From: Candidatus Latescibacterota bacterium
GTDB taxonomy: Bacteria > Latescibacterota > UBA2968
Length of the DNA: 64,000 bases
NCBI GenBank assembly: GCA_965204745.1
Contig: OZ242010.1
Coordinates: 2,880,001-2,944,000, forward strand
Reading direction: 5' to 3'
Positions within the stretch are counted from its first letter, which is position 1. Each line of letters begins with the position of its first letter. Below are positions 37,846-47,769 of the stretch, one piece after another. The notes below the pieces were generated by a model, which was given only the letters and a program-made list of their open reading frames with translations, did no database searches and had not been told where the DNA came from. The translations under genes and the position numbers were made by a program.

Positions 37846-39465
37846 TCATCGTCTATCGTTCAACCCCCGTGCGATGACCACGGGTTCTCGGACGCGGAAC
37901 AATTTGCCGTCGGGCGTGCCGGCCTCCAAGTAGAGGATATAAATACCGGGCTTGAGCAGGTGTCCATTGTCTGCGCGGCCATCCCATTGGACGACGCGCT
38001 CGCTGCCGCCTTCAACGCCTTCGAGCAACGAGGCCACGCGCCTGCCCGTGCGGTCGAACACCCACAAATTTGCGTGCAACCGCGGGAAGGGCACCGCGTA
38101 TTTAATGGCGACTCGATCCGCAAAGGGATTGGGTTCGGCGATGAGAGAAACGCCCGCGACATCGTCTTCAAACCGCACGCTATTTGCCGCGCCCGGGGTC
38201 GCGCCTATGGGGGATTGGCTGACGAGCCAGTTGTCGCTCTCTCCGGCAATGGCGAGATCGATCCGCTCCAGGCTCGCTTCGGTCTCTTGCGCTGGATAAA
38301 AGACGCTATCGACAACGCTCGCGGTCGCGTCTCGCAAGACCAGGGCATCGCCCCCGTCGTTCAAGCGGGGCCAGCGGGTCAGGGACAAAATGGCCGCAGA
38401 GAGATCCGGATATCGCGCGGCAACGCGGCCCGCATCTTCCGCGACGAGGACATGGCCCAAGCCCTCGATCATTGCGCCCGCGCCAAACGCGCCTGTGGTT
38501 CGCACATCGGAAATCGTCCACTCGGCCAGGGAAACCGGGTCGGGCGACCGGTTGTACAACTCGATCCACTCGGCGCCTTGGGCCATCACCTCGGCAATGG
38601 CGACCTGCCCGCGCGCCATGCCACCTATCACGATCCACGTCGCCGCGTTATTCGTCGTATCCTGATCCCCTGCAAACGCGAGTCTGGCTCGAAAGGGCGT
38701 CTCGCCTGCGGGTGGGTTTGCAATGGGGATCGTGACCCGAGTCGAATCCCCGGCATCAAGCCTATCCCCCACGGCAACCCCTTTGCCGTTGACCGCGATT
38801 TCGTACGATGTCGCGCGTTCCCGCCCGATATTCGTCACCGTGAGGCCCACCGCTGTCGAGCCGCCCCAGGGCACGCGCACCGGCGAGGCGGTGTTCCGCG
38901 CCAGTGCCAGGTCCCGGTCCTTGACGCTGATGCTGTTCACCGCGCCCGGGGTGGGCCATTTGGCGTCCGTCCAGTTTTCGGGCGCGTCGCCTTGGGCGGC
39001 GTCGATCTTTTCCTCTGAAATCCCGAGGGGGTTGCCCGGTTGATAGGTCGCAGCGGCGACGGTATCGCCCGCGGCTGCGATCAGCAAAATGCGTTCGGCA
39101 TGCACATTGCTCAGGCCGTTGTGCCCGAGTGTGGCGCTGTCGACCGTCAAGTTGAGGGCGGTATCCGGCAGGGGATCGTAATGCGTCGAGTGCGCGTTAT
39201 AGCCCGCATCCATCACCAGAGCGTACGCGCCCGGGGCGAGCACCATCGCGTCGCCGACGAGCGCGTTGGTCTCCTCGTCATCCCCGATTCGCCAACCGGT
39301 CAGATCGACCACCCGATCCCCCGCGTTGAACAATTCGATGTATTCGTCGAAAAATTCGCTTCCGGATGGCGCGAACATGATCTCGTTGATAACCACCTGT
39401 GCCTCTGCCGCATGGGTCAGCGCGCACAAAAACAATGCGATACAACCTATTTTTTGCAATCTCAT
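37846..39465 (-). CDS. Secreted lamin-tail-domain (2x LTD) protein with C-terminal FlgD-like Ig domain
   Basis: VINEIMF...EYIELFN...DLTGW; AEVM..EWIELYN; TPGA.NS; PNPF...WDG....G..L.PGIY. Confidence 0.8.
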   Translation of the reverse strand: MRLQKIGCIALFLCALTHAAEAQVVINEIMFAPSGSEFFDEYIELFNAGDRVVDLTGWRIGDDEETNALVGDAMVLAPGAYALVMDAGYNAHSTHYDPLPDTALNLTVDSATLGHNGLSNVHAERILLIAAAGDTVAAATYQPGNPLGISEEKIDAAQGDAPENWTDAKWPTPGAVNSISVKDRDLALARNTASPVRVPWGGSTAVGLTVTNIGRERATSYEIAVNGKGVAVGDRLDAGDSTRVTIPIANPPAGETPFRARLAFAGDQDTTNNAATWIVIGGMARGQVAIAEVMAQGAEWIELYNRSPDPVSLAEWTISDVRTTGAFGAGAMIEGLGHVLVAEDAGRVAARYPDLSAAILSLTRWPRLNDGGDALVLRDATASVVDSVFYPAQETEASLERIDLAIAGESDNWLVSQSPIGATPGAANSVRFEDDVAGVSLIAEPNPFADRVAIKYAVPFPRLHANLWVFDRTGRRVASLLEGVEGGSERVVQWDGRADNGHLLKPGIYILYLEAGTPDGKLFRVREPVVIARGLNDRR

Positions 39466-41597
39466 ACCATCCCCAATCTTCGTCTAATCGCCCATTCAAT
39501 CACCAGCAACCCCACCAGCGCGACCAAGGGCCACCGTTGCCCCCACAACGCGATTCGGTGGTGCGTCACGACCGGCTCGGCTGCCAAAACGAGCGAGTCG
39601 AGTGCCGCGGTCAAACCGCTCGGGCGCGCGTATTGCCCGCTGCTGCGCGTGGCGATGTCTCCGAGCAATTCCGCGCGCATCCGCACGGTTTCGTATTCCA
39701 AGCTGTATCGGCCCACGGTAAAATGGCCCGTGCCCGTGCCCAAATTCTGGGCTCGCACCTGGTATTCGTAATCCCCTTGGGGAAAACGCCCCAAGTTGCC
39801 CGCGTAACGCCCATTGCCCAAATCGCGCAATACCACCTCGCGCACGGCCAAACTGTCTGCCACTCGCGCTCGAACGCGCGCGCCGGACCGCGGTTGCAAC
39901 AGGGCGTCAAAAACCTGTGCGCGTACAACGACTGCCTCCCCACTGCGGTACGCGGTCTTTTCGGTCATCAACTTGATGCGGGACACGTCGTCTCGCGTGA
40001 CCAGCCAGCGCGTCATGTTTTGCCAAAATGCCCGCGCCACAGCATCGGTTTTGCCATCGCCCCACATCATCAAGCCGTGCCGCCAAAACGTCTGAAAGCC
40101 CACGAGCGCGGTCTTGCCCGCTTCCACGCGCCGAAGTGCCAGCAGGGGCATGGGGTTGCCATCCACGCGCTCGGTGGGATGATGCGCGAGCACGGTCGCG
40201 TCTGAAACCGCGTTGCCCACGCGATTGTAAGCCAGCAGGGGAGGCAGCGCGTCCCAGGCCGCTCGATCAGCCAAGGGGTCGTCGTCTGAAACGCGCAAAA
40301 TGGGGTGGAGGGATTCGGGAAAGCCGAGGGCAAACGCGCCGGCTTGAAATGTGCTGGACGAGGGCGAGAATCGCACGGGCAAAACCTGGGCCAATGCGGA
40401 CCGAGCGTACCCGTCGTCAAAAGCCGCGTCTCCGCCGATGACCAGCAGGCCCCCGCCCCGTTGCACGAATGAGACGAGTTTTCGTTCCGGCATCCCGACG
40501 AGTGCGGCATAAGGCGCGTTGAGCAGGACCGCGACATCGTGGTCGGGCAAGGTATTCATCGCGCGTTGCACCTCTCGCGCCCACCCCGTTGACCCCGCAC
40601 GGACGAGCACCTCGACTTGGAGATTGGGATCGGCTTGCAACACGCGCCGCAAATAGCCCAAATCCGCACTCGGGCTGCCCGCGATCATGAGCATTCGCAC
40701 GCGGCTTTCGAGCACCTCTGTCGAAACCACCATGCGGTTGTTGGCCTCTGCGCGTTCCCCGGCTTGCGCTGCGATAGCGATGGAAAACGCATGCCGGCCT
40801 GCACGCTGCGGCACGATCTCAAAGTCCAAGGTTTGTTCCCCGTCTGTCAATGCAATGGTTTTTGCAGCCACTTCCCCGCCTTCGAAAAGCACGCGCACCC
40901 GGTCGCGCACCCGGTCAAAGCCAAAGGAAAACACGCGCACTTGCACGGCGAGGGGCCTGCCCACATAGCCCAAGGGATCGATGACCGCAGACGCAATGCC
41001 CACGTCTTTGGGCGGAACCGGATCGCCGATGCCGATGGCGATGACCGGCACCCCGAGGTCCGCGGCAGCGCGCTCGGGTCGTCCCCCCAAATTTTGCCCG
41101 CCGTCTGAAACGAGCACCACAGCAGCAAGCCCTTGGCCCATGGTTTGGTCGCGCACCCCGTCCAACGCGCCTGCCAGATCCGTGGCCCTGCCGCCCCAAG
41201 TGGGGGCTTCGCCATCGCGCATGGGGGTCAGCGCGTCCGAGAAGCGAAATTGCGATACCCGTGCGCGATTGTCCAATGACCGGAGTGCCGGGTGATCCAA
41301 TACCCCTTGGGCGATTTCAAACCGCGCGGTATCGCCATCCGCGAGTTGCATGCTCTCGCTGTCGTCGATGAGCAAGGCGATGAGCGGCAGCCTTTGCGTG
41401 TGCAAGGTCAATGCGAGAATGGGCTGCATCAAAAGGCCGATCAGCAAGAGGAGCGCGGCAGCGCGTACGACCGACAAATAGCGGTTGATGCCGCGCGCGT
41501 TCGTGCGATACATCAGAAAAATGAGGTACAGCCCCGCGGCAGCCGCGCAGGCCAGTGCCCAACCATCCGAAACGGAAATCGCAACATCGCGCAACAT
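39462..41597 (-). CDS. Membrane protein with VWA domain, Ig-like domain and class I glutamine-amidotransferase-like domain
   Basis: N-terminal TMs, IDDSESM (MIDAS), LVSDG, FV..GGGLLVIGG, C-terminal EWAIRRR. Confidence 0.8.
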   Translation of the reverse strand: MLRDVAISVSDGWALACAAAAGLYLIFLMYRTNARGINRYLSVVRAAALLLLIGLLMQPILALTLHTQRLPLIALLIDDSESMQLADGDTARFEIAQGVLDHPALRSLDNRARVSQFRFSDALTPMRDGEAPTWGGRATDLAGALDGVRDQTMGQGLAAVVLVSDGGQNLGGRPERAAADLGVPVIAIGIGDPVPPKDVGIASAVIDPLGYVGRPLAVQVRVFSFGFDRVRDRVRVLFEGGEVAAKTIALTDGEQTLDFEIVPQRAGRHAFSIAIAAQAGERAEANNRMVVSTEVLESRVRMLMIAGSPSADLGYLRRVLQADPNLQVEVLVRAGSTGWAREVQRAMNTLPDHDVAVLLNAPYAALVGMPERKLVSFVQRGGGLLVIGGDAAFDDGYARSALAQVLPVRFSPSSSTFQAGAFALGFPESLHPILRVSDDDPLADRAAWDALPPLLAYNRVGNAVSDATVLAHHPTERVDGNPMPLLALRRVEAGKTALVGFQTFWRHGLMMWGDGKTDAVARAFWQNMTRWLVTRDDVSRIKLMTEKTAYRSGEAVVVRAQVFDALLQPRSGARVRARVADSLAVREVVLRDLGNGRYAGNLGRFPQGDYEYQVRAQNLGTGTGHFTVGRYSLEYETVRMRAELLGDIATRSSGQYARPSGLTAALDSLVLAAEPVVTHHRIALWGQRWPLVALVGLLVIEWAIRRRLGMV

Positions 41598-41603
41598 GGA
41601 ACC

Positions 41604-42656
41604 TCACACTTGCCGGTCGCGCAGCCCGGGAAGGGGCAATCGCGGTGCCGCATTGAGATCGGCCCCGGCAACTTCGCCCCGCGCCAGCCGAAACGCGCCC
41701 GCGCCCGCGATCATGGCCGCATTGTCCGTACACAAAAAAGCGGGCGGATAAAACGCGCCCATCCCCAGGTCGTTCGCGCCCGCATCGAGCTTTGCGCGCA
41801 GTGCGCGATTGGCGGCCACCCCGCCCGAGAGCAACACCCGTTCCACCCCCGCTGCTCGTGCTGCTCGAAGCGTTTTGTCCACGAGCACATCGACCACCGC
41901 CGCCTGAAAACTCGCCGCAATATCGGCCCGCATCCCCGCGATGTCTTTTTGATCGAGGTCGCGGATGCGATAGAGCACCGAGGTTTTTAACCCGCTAAAA
42001 CTGAAGTCGTACCCCGGATCGTTCATCAACCCGCGCGGAAAATCATAGCCCTCGGCATCGCCCTTTTCCGCAAGGGCCGAGAGGGGCGGCCCGCCCATCG
42101 TCACCTCGCCTTCGCGCAACAGCCCGAGGAGTTTCGCCACCTTGTCAAAGGCTTCGCCGGCCGCGTCGTCCCGCGTGCGCCCCCAACGCTCGTAATCGCC
42201 CCAGGCCGAGACGTAAATCAACTCGGTATGCCCGCCTGAAACCACCAGTGCCATAAAAGGCGGTGCCAGATCGGAACAGGCCATCGCGCCTGCGAACAGA
42301 TGGCCCTCGATGTGATGGATGCCCACCAAGGGCAGGCCCGCGCCGAGTGCGAGCCCCTTGCCCACGGCTACGCCCACGAGCAAACAGCCGACCAGCCCGG
42401 GGCCTTGCGTGACGGCAATCCCGCCCAAGTCGCGCAGGGCTAACCCCGCGTCTGCGAGGGCCTGATCCACAATGGGCAACAAGGTGCGGATGTGGTTGCG
42501 AGACGCCAACTCGGGCACGACCCCGCCGTACAGGCTGTGTTCCGTTTGGGAAAAGATCGCGTTGGAACAGATCTGCCCGCCGGCCACCACGGCGGCCGCG
42601 GTTTCGTCGCAAGATGTTTCAATGCCCAAAATGGGCTGATGGGAGATGCACGTCAT
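41604..42656 (-). CDS. tsaD: tRNA t6A37 threonylcarbamoyltransferase TsaD
   Basis: LGIETSCDET, GGVVPELASR.H, HHIEGH, VSGGHT, DDAAGEAFDK, TDNAAMIA. Confidence 0.96.
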   Translation of the reverse strand: MTCISHQPILGIETSCDETAAAVVAGGQICSNAIFSQTEHSLYGGVVPELASRNHIRTLLPIVDQALADAGLALRDLGGIAVTQGPGLVGCLLVGVAVGKGLALGAGLPLVGIHHIEGHLFAGAMACSDLAPPFMALVVSGGHTELIYVSAWGDYERWGRTRDDAAGEAFDKVAKLLGLLREGEVTMGGPPLSALAEKGDAEGYDFPRGLMNDPGYDFSFSGLKTSVLYRIRDLDQKDIAGMRADIAASFQAAVVDVLVDKTLRAARAAGVERVLLSGGVAANRALRAKLDAGANDLGMGAFYPPAFLCTDNAAMIAGAGAFRLARGEVAGADLNAAPRLPLPGLRDRQV

Positions 42657-42659
42657 AAA

Positions 42660-42700
42660 AAAAAGAAACCGGCGTTGGGATGCAAACAACCGGCAAAAAA
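42660..42700 (-). terminator. Probable intrinsic terminator between the Zn-ribbon gene and tsaD
   Basis: Minus strand CCGGTTG...CAACGCCGG followed by TTTCTTTTTTTT. Confidence 0.45.
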
Positions 42701-42740
42701 TATTTCGGCGAGGGAAGCGATCCCCCGCCGAAAACAAAGC

Positions 42741-42929
42741 TTACTTGTAGGACTGCGCGATGTTCCGGCCCGTGCTGATTTCGCCGTTGTCAATCCGCAA
42801 ATTATATCCGCAACTGGGGCTGTTGCACACCCACGCCTTGTAATGGATAGGCGCCCCATCGCGTCCATAATCTGACAGCGGCAGCAAAATACCCTCGTCG
42901 CACTTCAAACACTGTGGAAATTGCTCCAT
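42741..42929 (-). CDS. Small Zn-ribbon-like protein (62 aa)
   Basis: CxxC...CxxxxC; GAGGGGG RBS. Confidence 0.75.
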   Translation of the reverse strand: MEQFPQCLKCDEGILLPLSDYGRDGAPIHYKAWVCNSPSCGYNLRIDNGEISTGRNIAQSYK

Positions 42930-43054
42930 AAAATCCCCCTCTCTATCGATTCGCTCTGCCAGCGTCGGTTGCGAGATAATGTAACAAACTTATGCCCAAA
43001 GTCAACTTGTTTGTCCCATTTTTTGTTTTTCAACCCGCGCTTGGACCATTGCAT

Positions 43055-43083
43055 TTGACAACCGCATTTTTATGGCCTATCTT
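43055..43083 (+). promoter_or_regulatory. Sigma70-type promoter for nhaC
   Basis: TTGACA-N17-TATCTT. Confidence 0.65.
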
Positions 43084-43135
43084 AAAAACGCCATTCGCAC
43101 AGCGTTTTTTCACCCCAAGTTATGGAGGGACTCGT

Positions 43136-44860
43136 ATGTCCAAAGGCATTCGCAATTTCGTCATTTTTGTCGTCGCCATGGCCGTCTCGTGGATCGTCGG
43201 CATGAGCGTGCCGCCTACGTGGAAAGTGGAACAGATCACATTGGATGTTCACACAGACGCCGCCGGCAACTTGTATTACACTTACAAGGAAAAGCCCGCG
43301 TACTTCGACGCGGTTCCCCTTGCAGACGCCCAACTCCGTCCGGACAGAATCGACGGATCGAGCGAGACCCCGCCCATCAAAGAAGAATTTGTCTGGGAGA
43401 TGCGCGATGGAGAGACCATGTATTACCAGTTCAGCGCCAAGCACCACTGGGGCTATTGGTCCTTGTTGCCGGCCGCGGTGGCCGTGATCTTGTGCTGGCT
43501 GACGCGAGAGCCGGTCACGGCCCTGTTGGGTGGCATTGTGGCGGGCGCGCTCATTTTGACGCGATACGACTTCACGGGCGAGGTCTTGATCCCGTCGTTG
43601 TCAACCACGAACGCGGCGAGCATCTTGGTGCTCTACTTGTGGCTCTTGGGCGGGTTGATGGGCATTTGGTCGCGCACGGGCGCGGCGCAAGCATTTGCCG
43701 AGTTTATGACCGTGCATTTTGTTCGCGGCCCCAAAAGCGCCAAGTTGGTCGCGTGGATGCTCGGCGTCATTTTCTTTCAGGGCGGCACGGTGAGCACGGT
43801 GTTGGTCGGCACGACGGTCAAACCCCTTGCAGACAAGGAGAACATCAGCCACGAGGAATTGGCCTATATCGTCGATTCCACGGCTTCGCCCATCGCGTCC
43901 CAACTCGCGTTCAATGCCTGGCCCGGCTATGTGCAGGCGTTTATCTTTGTGTCGGGCGTCAGTTTCTTGGCCACGGAAGCGGACCGGATGTTGTTCTTTT
44001 ACCAAAGCGTTCCGTTCTGTTTTTACGCCATCTTTGCGGTGCTGGGCACGTTTTTGCTCAGCGTTGAAAAACCCCTGTTTTTGGGCAAGCAACTCAAAGC
44101 CGCTGTCAAACGCTCGCGGGAAACCGGGCAACTCGACGCGGACGATGCCGAACCGTTGAGCGCGAAGGAATTGCAGGGCAGCAATGTGCCCGAGGGCTAC
44201 AAGCCGCATGTGCTCGAATTTTTCATCCCCTTGGGCGCGCTCATCGCCATTGCTATCGGAACTTTTCTTGCTTATGGATCGCCCAAAGTGCATTGGGCAT
44301 TTGGCATTGCGCTCCTGTTGGCCGTGGGCATGGCCCTCGCCAAGGGCATGGCCCTCAAAGACATCGTCACGGGTTTTCAAGATGGCCTCAAAGGCGTGGT
44401 GCTCGGCTCGGTGATTCTCTTGCTCGCCATCACTATCGGCGGCATCAGCAAGGAAACCGGCGGGGGCACGTTTTTGGTCGAGCAACTCGGCAGCAGCATT
44501 CCCTACTTCCTCCTCCCGGTCTTGCTCCAATTATTGACCATGACTATCGCCTTTTCCACGGGTACGAGTTGGGGTACGTACGCGGTGGCATTCCCCCTTG
44601 CCATGCCACTGGCTTGGGCCGTGGCCACGGCAAATGGCCTGTCGCATCCCGAACTGTTTATGACCCTGTGCTTTGCCACAGTCATCGACGGCAGCGTTTA
44701 CGGCGACCAGTGCTCGCCCATCTCGGATACGACAGTGCTCAGTTCCATGTGTACGGGTTGCGACCTGATGGACCACGTCAAAACGCAAATCCCGCAAGCC
44801 TCTATCGCCGCTGGCCTCGCAGCGATTTGCTGGACCGTCATCGCTGTCTTCACCGCGTAA
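43136..44860 (+). CDS. Na+/H+ antiporter NhaC-family transporter
   Basis: [48 protein letters not shown]; GGAGG RBS. Confidence 0.88.
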   Translation: MSKGIRNFVIFVVAMAVSWIVGMSVPPTWKVEQITLDVHTDAAGNLYYTYKEKPAYFDAVPLADAQLRPDRIDGSSETPPIKEEFVWEMRDGETMYYQFSAKHHWGYWSLLPAAVAVILCWLTREPVTALLGGIVAGALILTRYDFTGEVLIPSLSTTNAASILVLYLWLLGGLMGIWSRTGAAQAFAEFMTVHFVRGPKSAKLVAWMLGVIFFQGGTVSTVLVGTTVKPLADKENISHEELAYIVDSTASPIASQLAFNAWPGYVQAFIFVSGVSFLATEADRMLFFYQSVPFCFYAIFAVLGTFLLSVEKPLFLGKQLKAAVKRSRETGQLDADDAEPLSAKELQGSNVPEGYKPHVLEFFIPLGALIAIAIGTFLAYGSPKVHWAFGIALLLAVGMALAKGMALKDIVTGFQDGLKGVVLGSVILLLAITIGGISKETGGGTFLVEQLGSSIPYFLLPVLLQLLTMTIAFSTGTSWGTYAVAFPLAMPLAWAVATANGLSHPELFMTLCFATVIDGSVYGDQCSPISDTTVLSSMCTGCDLMDHVKTQIPQASIAAGLAAICWTVIAVFTA

Positions 44861-44950
44861 TTCGCTCCGTTTCGTTGTAGGCAACGCCTGTGCCTGTGAG
44901 GAATGAGGGAAAAACATCTCCCCTCCCCGTTTCGGGGAGGGGTCACATTT

Positions 44951-45195
44951 GACCGCTCAAGCAGAACGGCTTGGCATAATCAGCAATCAGCAAAAGGCGC
45001 GAGCCGCGAGATGGGATTTTAGCCACGAGCGGGGTACAACTGGCGACAGCCAGTTCAAAGCACAAAAGACACAAAAAGGGAGCCGTGTGTAGGGGCGATG
45101 CCCCGTGCTCGCCCTAAGATACAAGATGTAAGACGCAAAAACATAGGGGCGTGGCCCAACCGCATCTCGCTTCTGCCCAACTACATTTTGCGATT
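44951..45195 (+). repeat. Left direct repeat (~130 bp, interrupted by a ~110-bp 36-bp-unit/REP insert) of the three-gene cassette; right copy 46270-46401
   Basis: GACCGCTC.AGCAGAACG.CTTGGCATAA...AAAAGGCGCGAG.CGCGAGATG and AGACGCAA.AACATAGGGGCGTGGCCCAACCGCATCTCGCTTCTGCCC..CTACATTTTGCGATT are shared. Confidence 0.9.
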
Positions 45196-45245
45196 AGGGA
45201 TACATTATCAATCGCTTAACCCCTTAACCCACGGGAGCAGAACTT

Positions 45246-45560
45246 ATGACTCAACAAACGATTGATCCCGTACAAGAATTTGCCCGCCAAATCCAGCAGG
45301 CAGAAGATGATCCCGATGTGCCCAAAATTTATTTCAATGGGTTTTTGAGTGCCATGGGCGCAGGTGATGTTGCGGTTACGCTAAAACGCGGCGAAACGCC
45401 CGTTGCCGTGCTCAACATGTCGTACACGGTCGCCAAAACACTCGCTGAAAAACTGCGAGAATTGATCGGCAATTTGGAGACGATCACAGACCACAACGTC
45501 ATGACCACAGATGAAACAACTGCCAAAATGGATCGATACAATGCCGACCACAACCCATAA
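45246..45560 (+). CDS. Hypothetical protein, DUF3467-like
   Basis: IYFNGF....GDV.V.L......V.LNMSY..AKTL...L...I..LE pattern; GGGAG RBS. Confidence 0.7.
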   Translation: MTQQTIDPVQEFARQIQQAEDDPDVPKIYFNGFLSAMGAGDVAVTLKRGETPVAVLNMSYTVAKTLAEKLRELIGNLETITDHNVMTTDETTAKMDRYNADHNP

Positions 45561-46131
45561 ATCTGCACGCGATAAAATTTTGGATTTCCGCCACTATTCC
45601 AAAGGCTGGGATTACGGAGAAGGAAAACCTTTCTCGCCGGAAACCATTCGCCGCGCACTTTTGATAAATCGCATGATCATTGCCAAATGCACGCCGGAAA
45701 CCGATGCGTTTCCTGGCCCTGATGGCGACATTATGGTTACGGCCTATTGCGATCCGTGGTATTGGGAATTTCTCATCGACGCCTCCGGGATGGTTCTGTA
45801 TATCGCGGAAAAGGATGATGTTGTCACAGATGAACGCGAGGGCCTTTCCCATGATGAGGCTTTGCATCTCGCCAGGAGGTTGACCAAACAGACATGGAAG
45901 TTCTACGCATCCTCAACGCCCTTAGATACGACCGCAGAAAACAGCGATTCAACAGCTTGGCCTTCAAGCCCTTTGGAAAACCGCCCGGAATCTCGGTCAT
46001 TGACACTGCCTGCATTCAAGACATGGGCAATACACCATGTTCACACATACGACAGTACTATGATCGAATTGCCGGTGCCCCTCCTATCTTTTGGAAATTC
46101 CACACCGATCTATTGCCAGACCAGTGCGTAA
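45541..46131 (+). CDS. Hypothetical protein with GWD-motif domain and Ser/Thr/Pro-rich tail overlapping the next gene
   Basis: KGWDYGEGKPFS.ETI..A...FP.PDGDI...EF.ID; start overlaps the previous gene by 20 bp. Confidence 0.65.
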   Translation: MPTTTHKSARDKILDFRHYSKGWDYGEGKPFSPETIRRALLINRMIIAKCTPETDAFPGPDGDIMVTAYCDPWYWEFLIDASGMVLYIAEKDDVVTDEREGLSHDEALHLARRLTKQTWKFYASSTPLDTTAENSDSTAWPSSPLENRPESRSLTLPAFKTWAIHHVHTYDSTMIELPVPLLSFGNSTPIYCQTSA

Positions 46132-46298
46132 TCGAACAAGAAGACAGTCTCACCGGCGACGTATGTCACTACAATATTCACGGCCTTAGCGAGAAACAGG
46201 CACGGGAATTTGTTTTGCAATACGCAGGCCAACTCCATCACTTCCAGATTTGCGACCCTACAGGACAAAGACCGCTCGAGCAGAACGACTTGGCATAA
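45894..46298 (+). CDS. Hypothetical protein, possible ADP-ribosyltransferase/RES-like toxin
   Basis: GGAGG upstream; LR...F.SLAFK...GISV...CHYNI pattern (R on first strand, S-V, late H). Confidence 0.6.
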   Translation: MEVLRILNALRYDRRKQRFNSLAFKPFGKPPGISVIDTACIQDMGNTPCSHIRQYYDRIAGAPPIFWKFHTDLLPDQCVIEQEDSLTGDVCHYNIHGLSEKQAREFVLQYAGQLHHFQICDPTGQRPLEQNDLA

Positions 46299-46401
46299 AT
46301 CAGCGGTCAGCAAAAGGCGCGAGACGCGAGATGTGAGACGCAAGAACATAGGGGCGTGGCCCAACCGCATCTCGCTTCTGCCCCACCTACATTTTGCGAT
46401 T
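46270..46401 (+). repeat. Right direct repeat of the three-gene cassette
   Basis: Matches 44951-45013 plus 45124-45195. Confidence 0.9.
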
Positions 46402-46428
46402 GACTAAATGAACGGGATATATTATCTT
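46400..46428 (+). promoter_or_regulatory. Sigma70-type promoter for the HsdR_N-like nuclease gene
   Basis: TTGACT-N17-TATCTT. Confidence 0.55.
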
Positions 46429-46476
46429 GTCTGTCAATCGCTTACCTCATTCACCATCCGAAAGGAGATATTATTT

Positions 46477-47433
46477 ATGATACTGGAAAGCCTGCTGACG
46501 TTGGTGGAGACTCTCCGAAAGCATGTTGACGATCATGGCGACGCAATCAGACAAAGTGAAGCATTGACCCGCTATGTGCTGATAGATCCCCTCCTACGAG
46601 AACTGGGTTGGAACACCGCAGATCCAGATACGGTGAGACCCGAATTTAGTGTAAGTGGTGGTTGGGCGGATTATGCCCTTCTCAATAATGGCAAACCCGT
46701 AATGATGCTGGAAGCCAAAAAACTGGATACGGACCTGCAAGAAGCAGTCGACCAAGGCATTCAATACTGCCTTAAGGAAGGAACCAAATACTTCTCTGTG
46801 ACAGATGGCATACGATGGGAAATCTACGAAACTCACAAACCTGTTCCCATAGACGATAAGAGGATAATCTCATTCGACTTGAAAGGTACATCGGTTGCTG
46901 AAGCCTGCTTGAAAGCCCTGGCCCTGTGGAGGCCCGGCGTAATCTCAGGTCATGTTCAGGTGGGACAAACGCCTATCGTCGGGTTGCCTGATGAGCAGAC
47001 AAGCACAACCAAATTTCAGCCTACCCAAGAAACGCCTGTTCAACCACCATCGCCTGATACAGATGACAAGGGATGGCAACCGCTATCAGAGTTGAATCCC
47101 CAAGAAGATTCAAAGCCAACTGAAATTTTGTTCCCCGACGGTACAAGTGTTTCCATAAACACATGGAAAGCAATACTGGTTGAGATTGTACGTTGGCTCA
47201 TAGACAACAACAAATTGAATGAAAGTCATTGCGCTCCTGGAATAGGCCGCACCAAGAAGAGTTACTTGGTAGCTACCTCTCCCAAACACCCAACTGGCAA
47301 CAATTTTGGTAATTCTGAAAAAATAGGATCCTTCTACATCGAGACACATGGCAGTGGCAAAGTTATCGTTCAGAACGTTAAGCACATCATCGAATACGTA
47401 GGTCAAGACCCCGCCCGATTCAAAGTTCGCTGA
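46477..47433 (+). CDS. HsdR N-terminal-like PD-(D/E)xK nuclease with C-terminal putative DNA-reader domain
   Basis: EALTR..LIDPLL.ELGW, V.PE, ADYAL, LEAK, Q..QY, TDG..W.IY; C-terminal YIETHGS...V..VK.IIE..G; AAGGAG RBS; lower GC. Confidence 0.8.
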   Translation: MILESLLTLVETLRKHVDDHGDAIRQSEALTRYVLIDPLLRELGWNTADPDTVRPEFSVSGGWADYALLNNGKPVMMLEAKKLDTDLQEAVDQGIQYCLKEGTKYFSVTDGIRWEIYETHKPVPIDDKRIISFDLKGTSVAEACLKALALWRPGVISGHVQVGQTPIVGLPDEQTSTTKFQPTQETPVQPPSPDTDDKGWQPLSELNPQEDSKPTEILFPDGTSVSINTWKAILVEIVRWLIDNNKLNESHCAPGIGRTKKSYLVATSPKHPTGNNFGNSEKIGSFYIETHGSGKVIVQNVKHIIEYVGQDPARFKVR

Positions 47434-47572
47434 TGGGCAACCGCACATGAAAAAGCGAAGCTGTACAAAGTTGATTCATGAAGGGCAAGCAATAGCGATG
47501 CACATTGCCCCGTTCCCAATGTCCACTTGACCCACGCAATAACCCATTCACAACCCGAAAGGAGGCAATCAA

Positions 47573-47680
47573 ATGTCGATTGAAATGATCCCGATTGGAA
47601 TGATCCTGTTTATGACGTTTCTGGTGATCCTGTTCGTCATTGGGTTCATCGTCATCTCTTCGGAGCACAAATCGGACTGA
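47573..47680 (+). CDS. Small single-TM peptide (35 aa, MSIEMIPIGMILFMTFLVILFVIGFIVISSEHKSD), absent from the ORF track
   Basis: AAGGAGG 7 nt upstream of ATG; ~22-residue hydrophobic stretch; followed by a terminator. Confidence 0.65.
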   Translation: MSIEMIPIGMILFMTFLVILFVIGFIVISSEHKSD

Positions 47681-47769
47681 ACCGCCAGCGATGAATCGCC
47701 TTTTCCGTACGGAACTCGGATTGCCCATTCGCGGCATCGGTCTATCGCAACATCGCCATTCCGCGCAAC

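Noticed and set aside
44951-46401. Integron attC sites
   Set aside because: The direct repeats lack RYYYAAC...GTTRRRY ends and no integrase is present.
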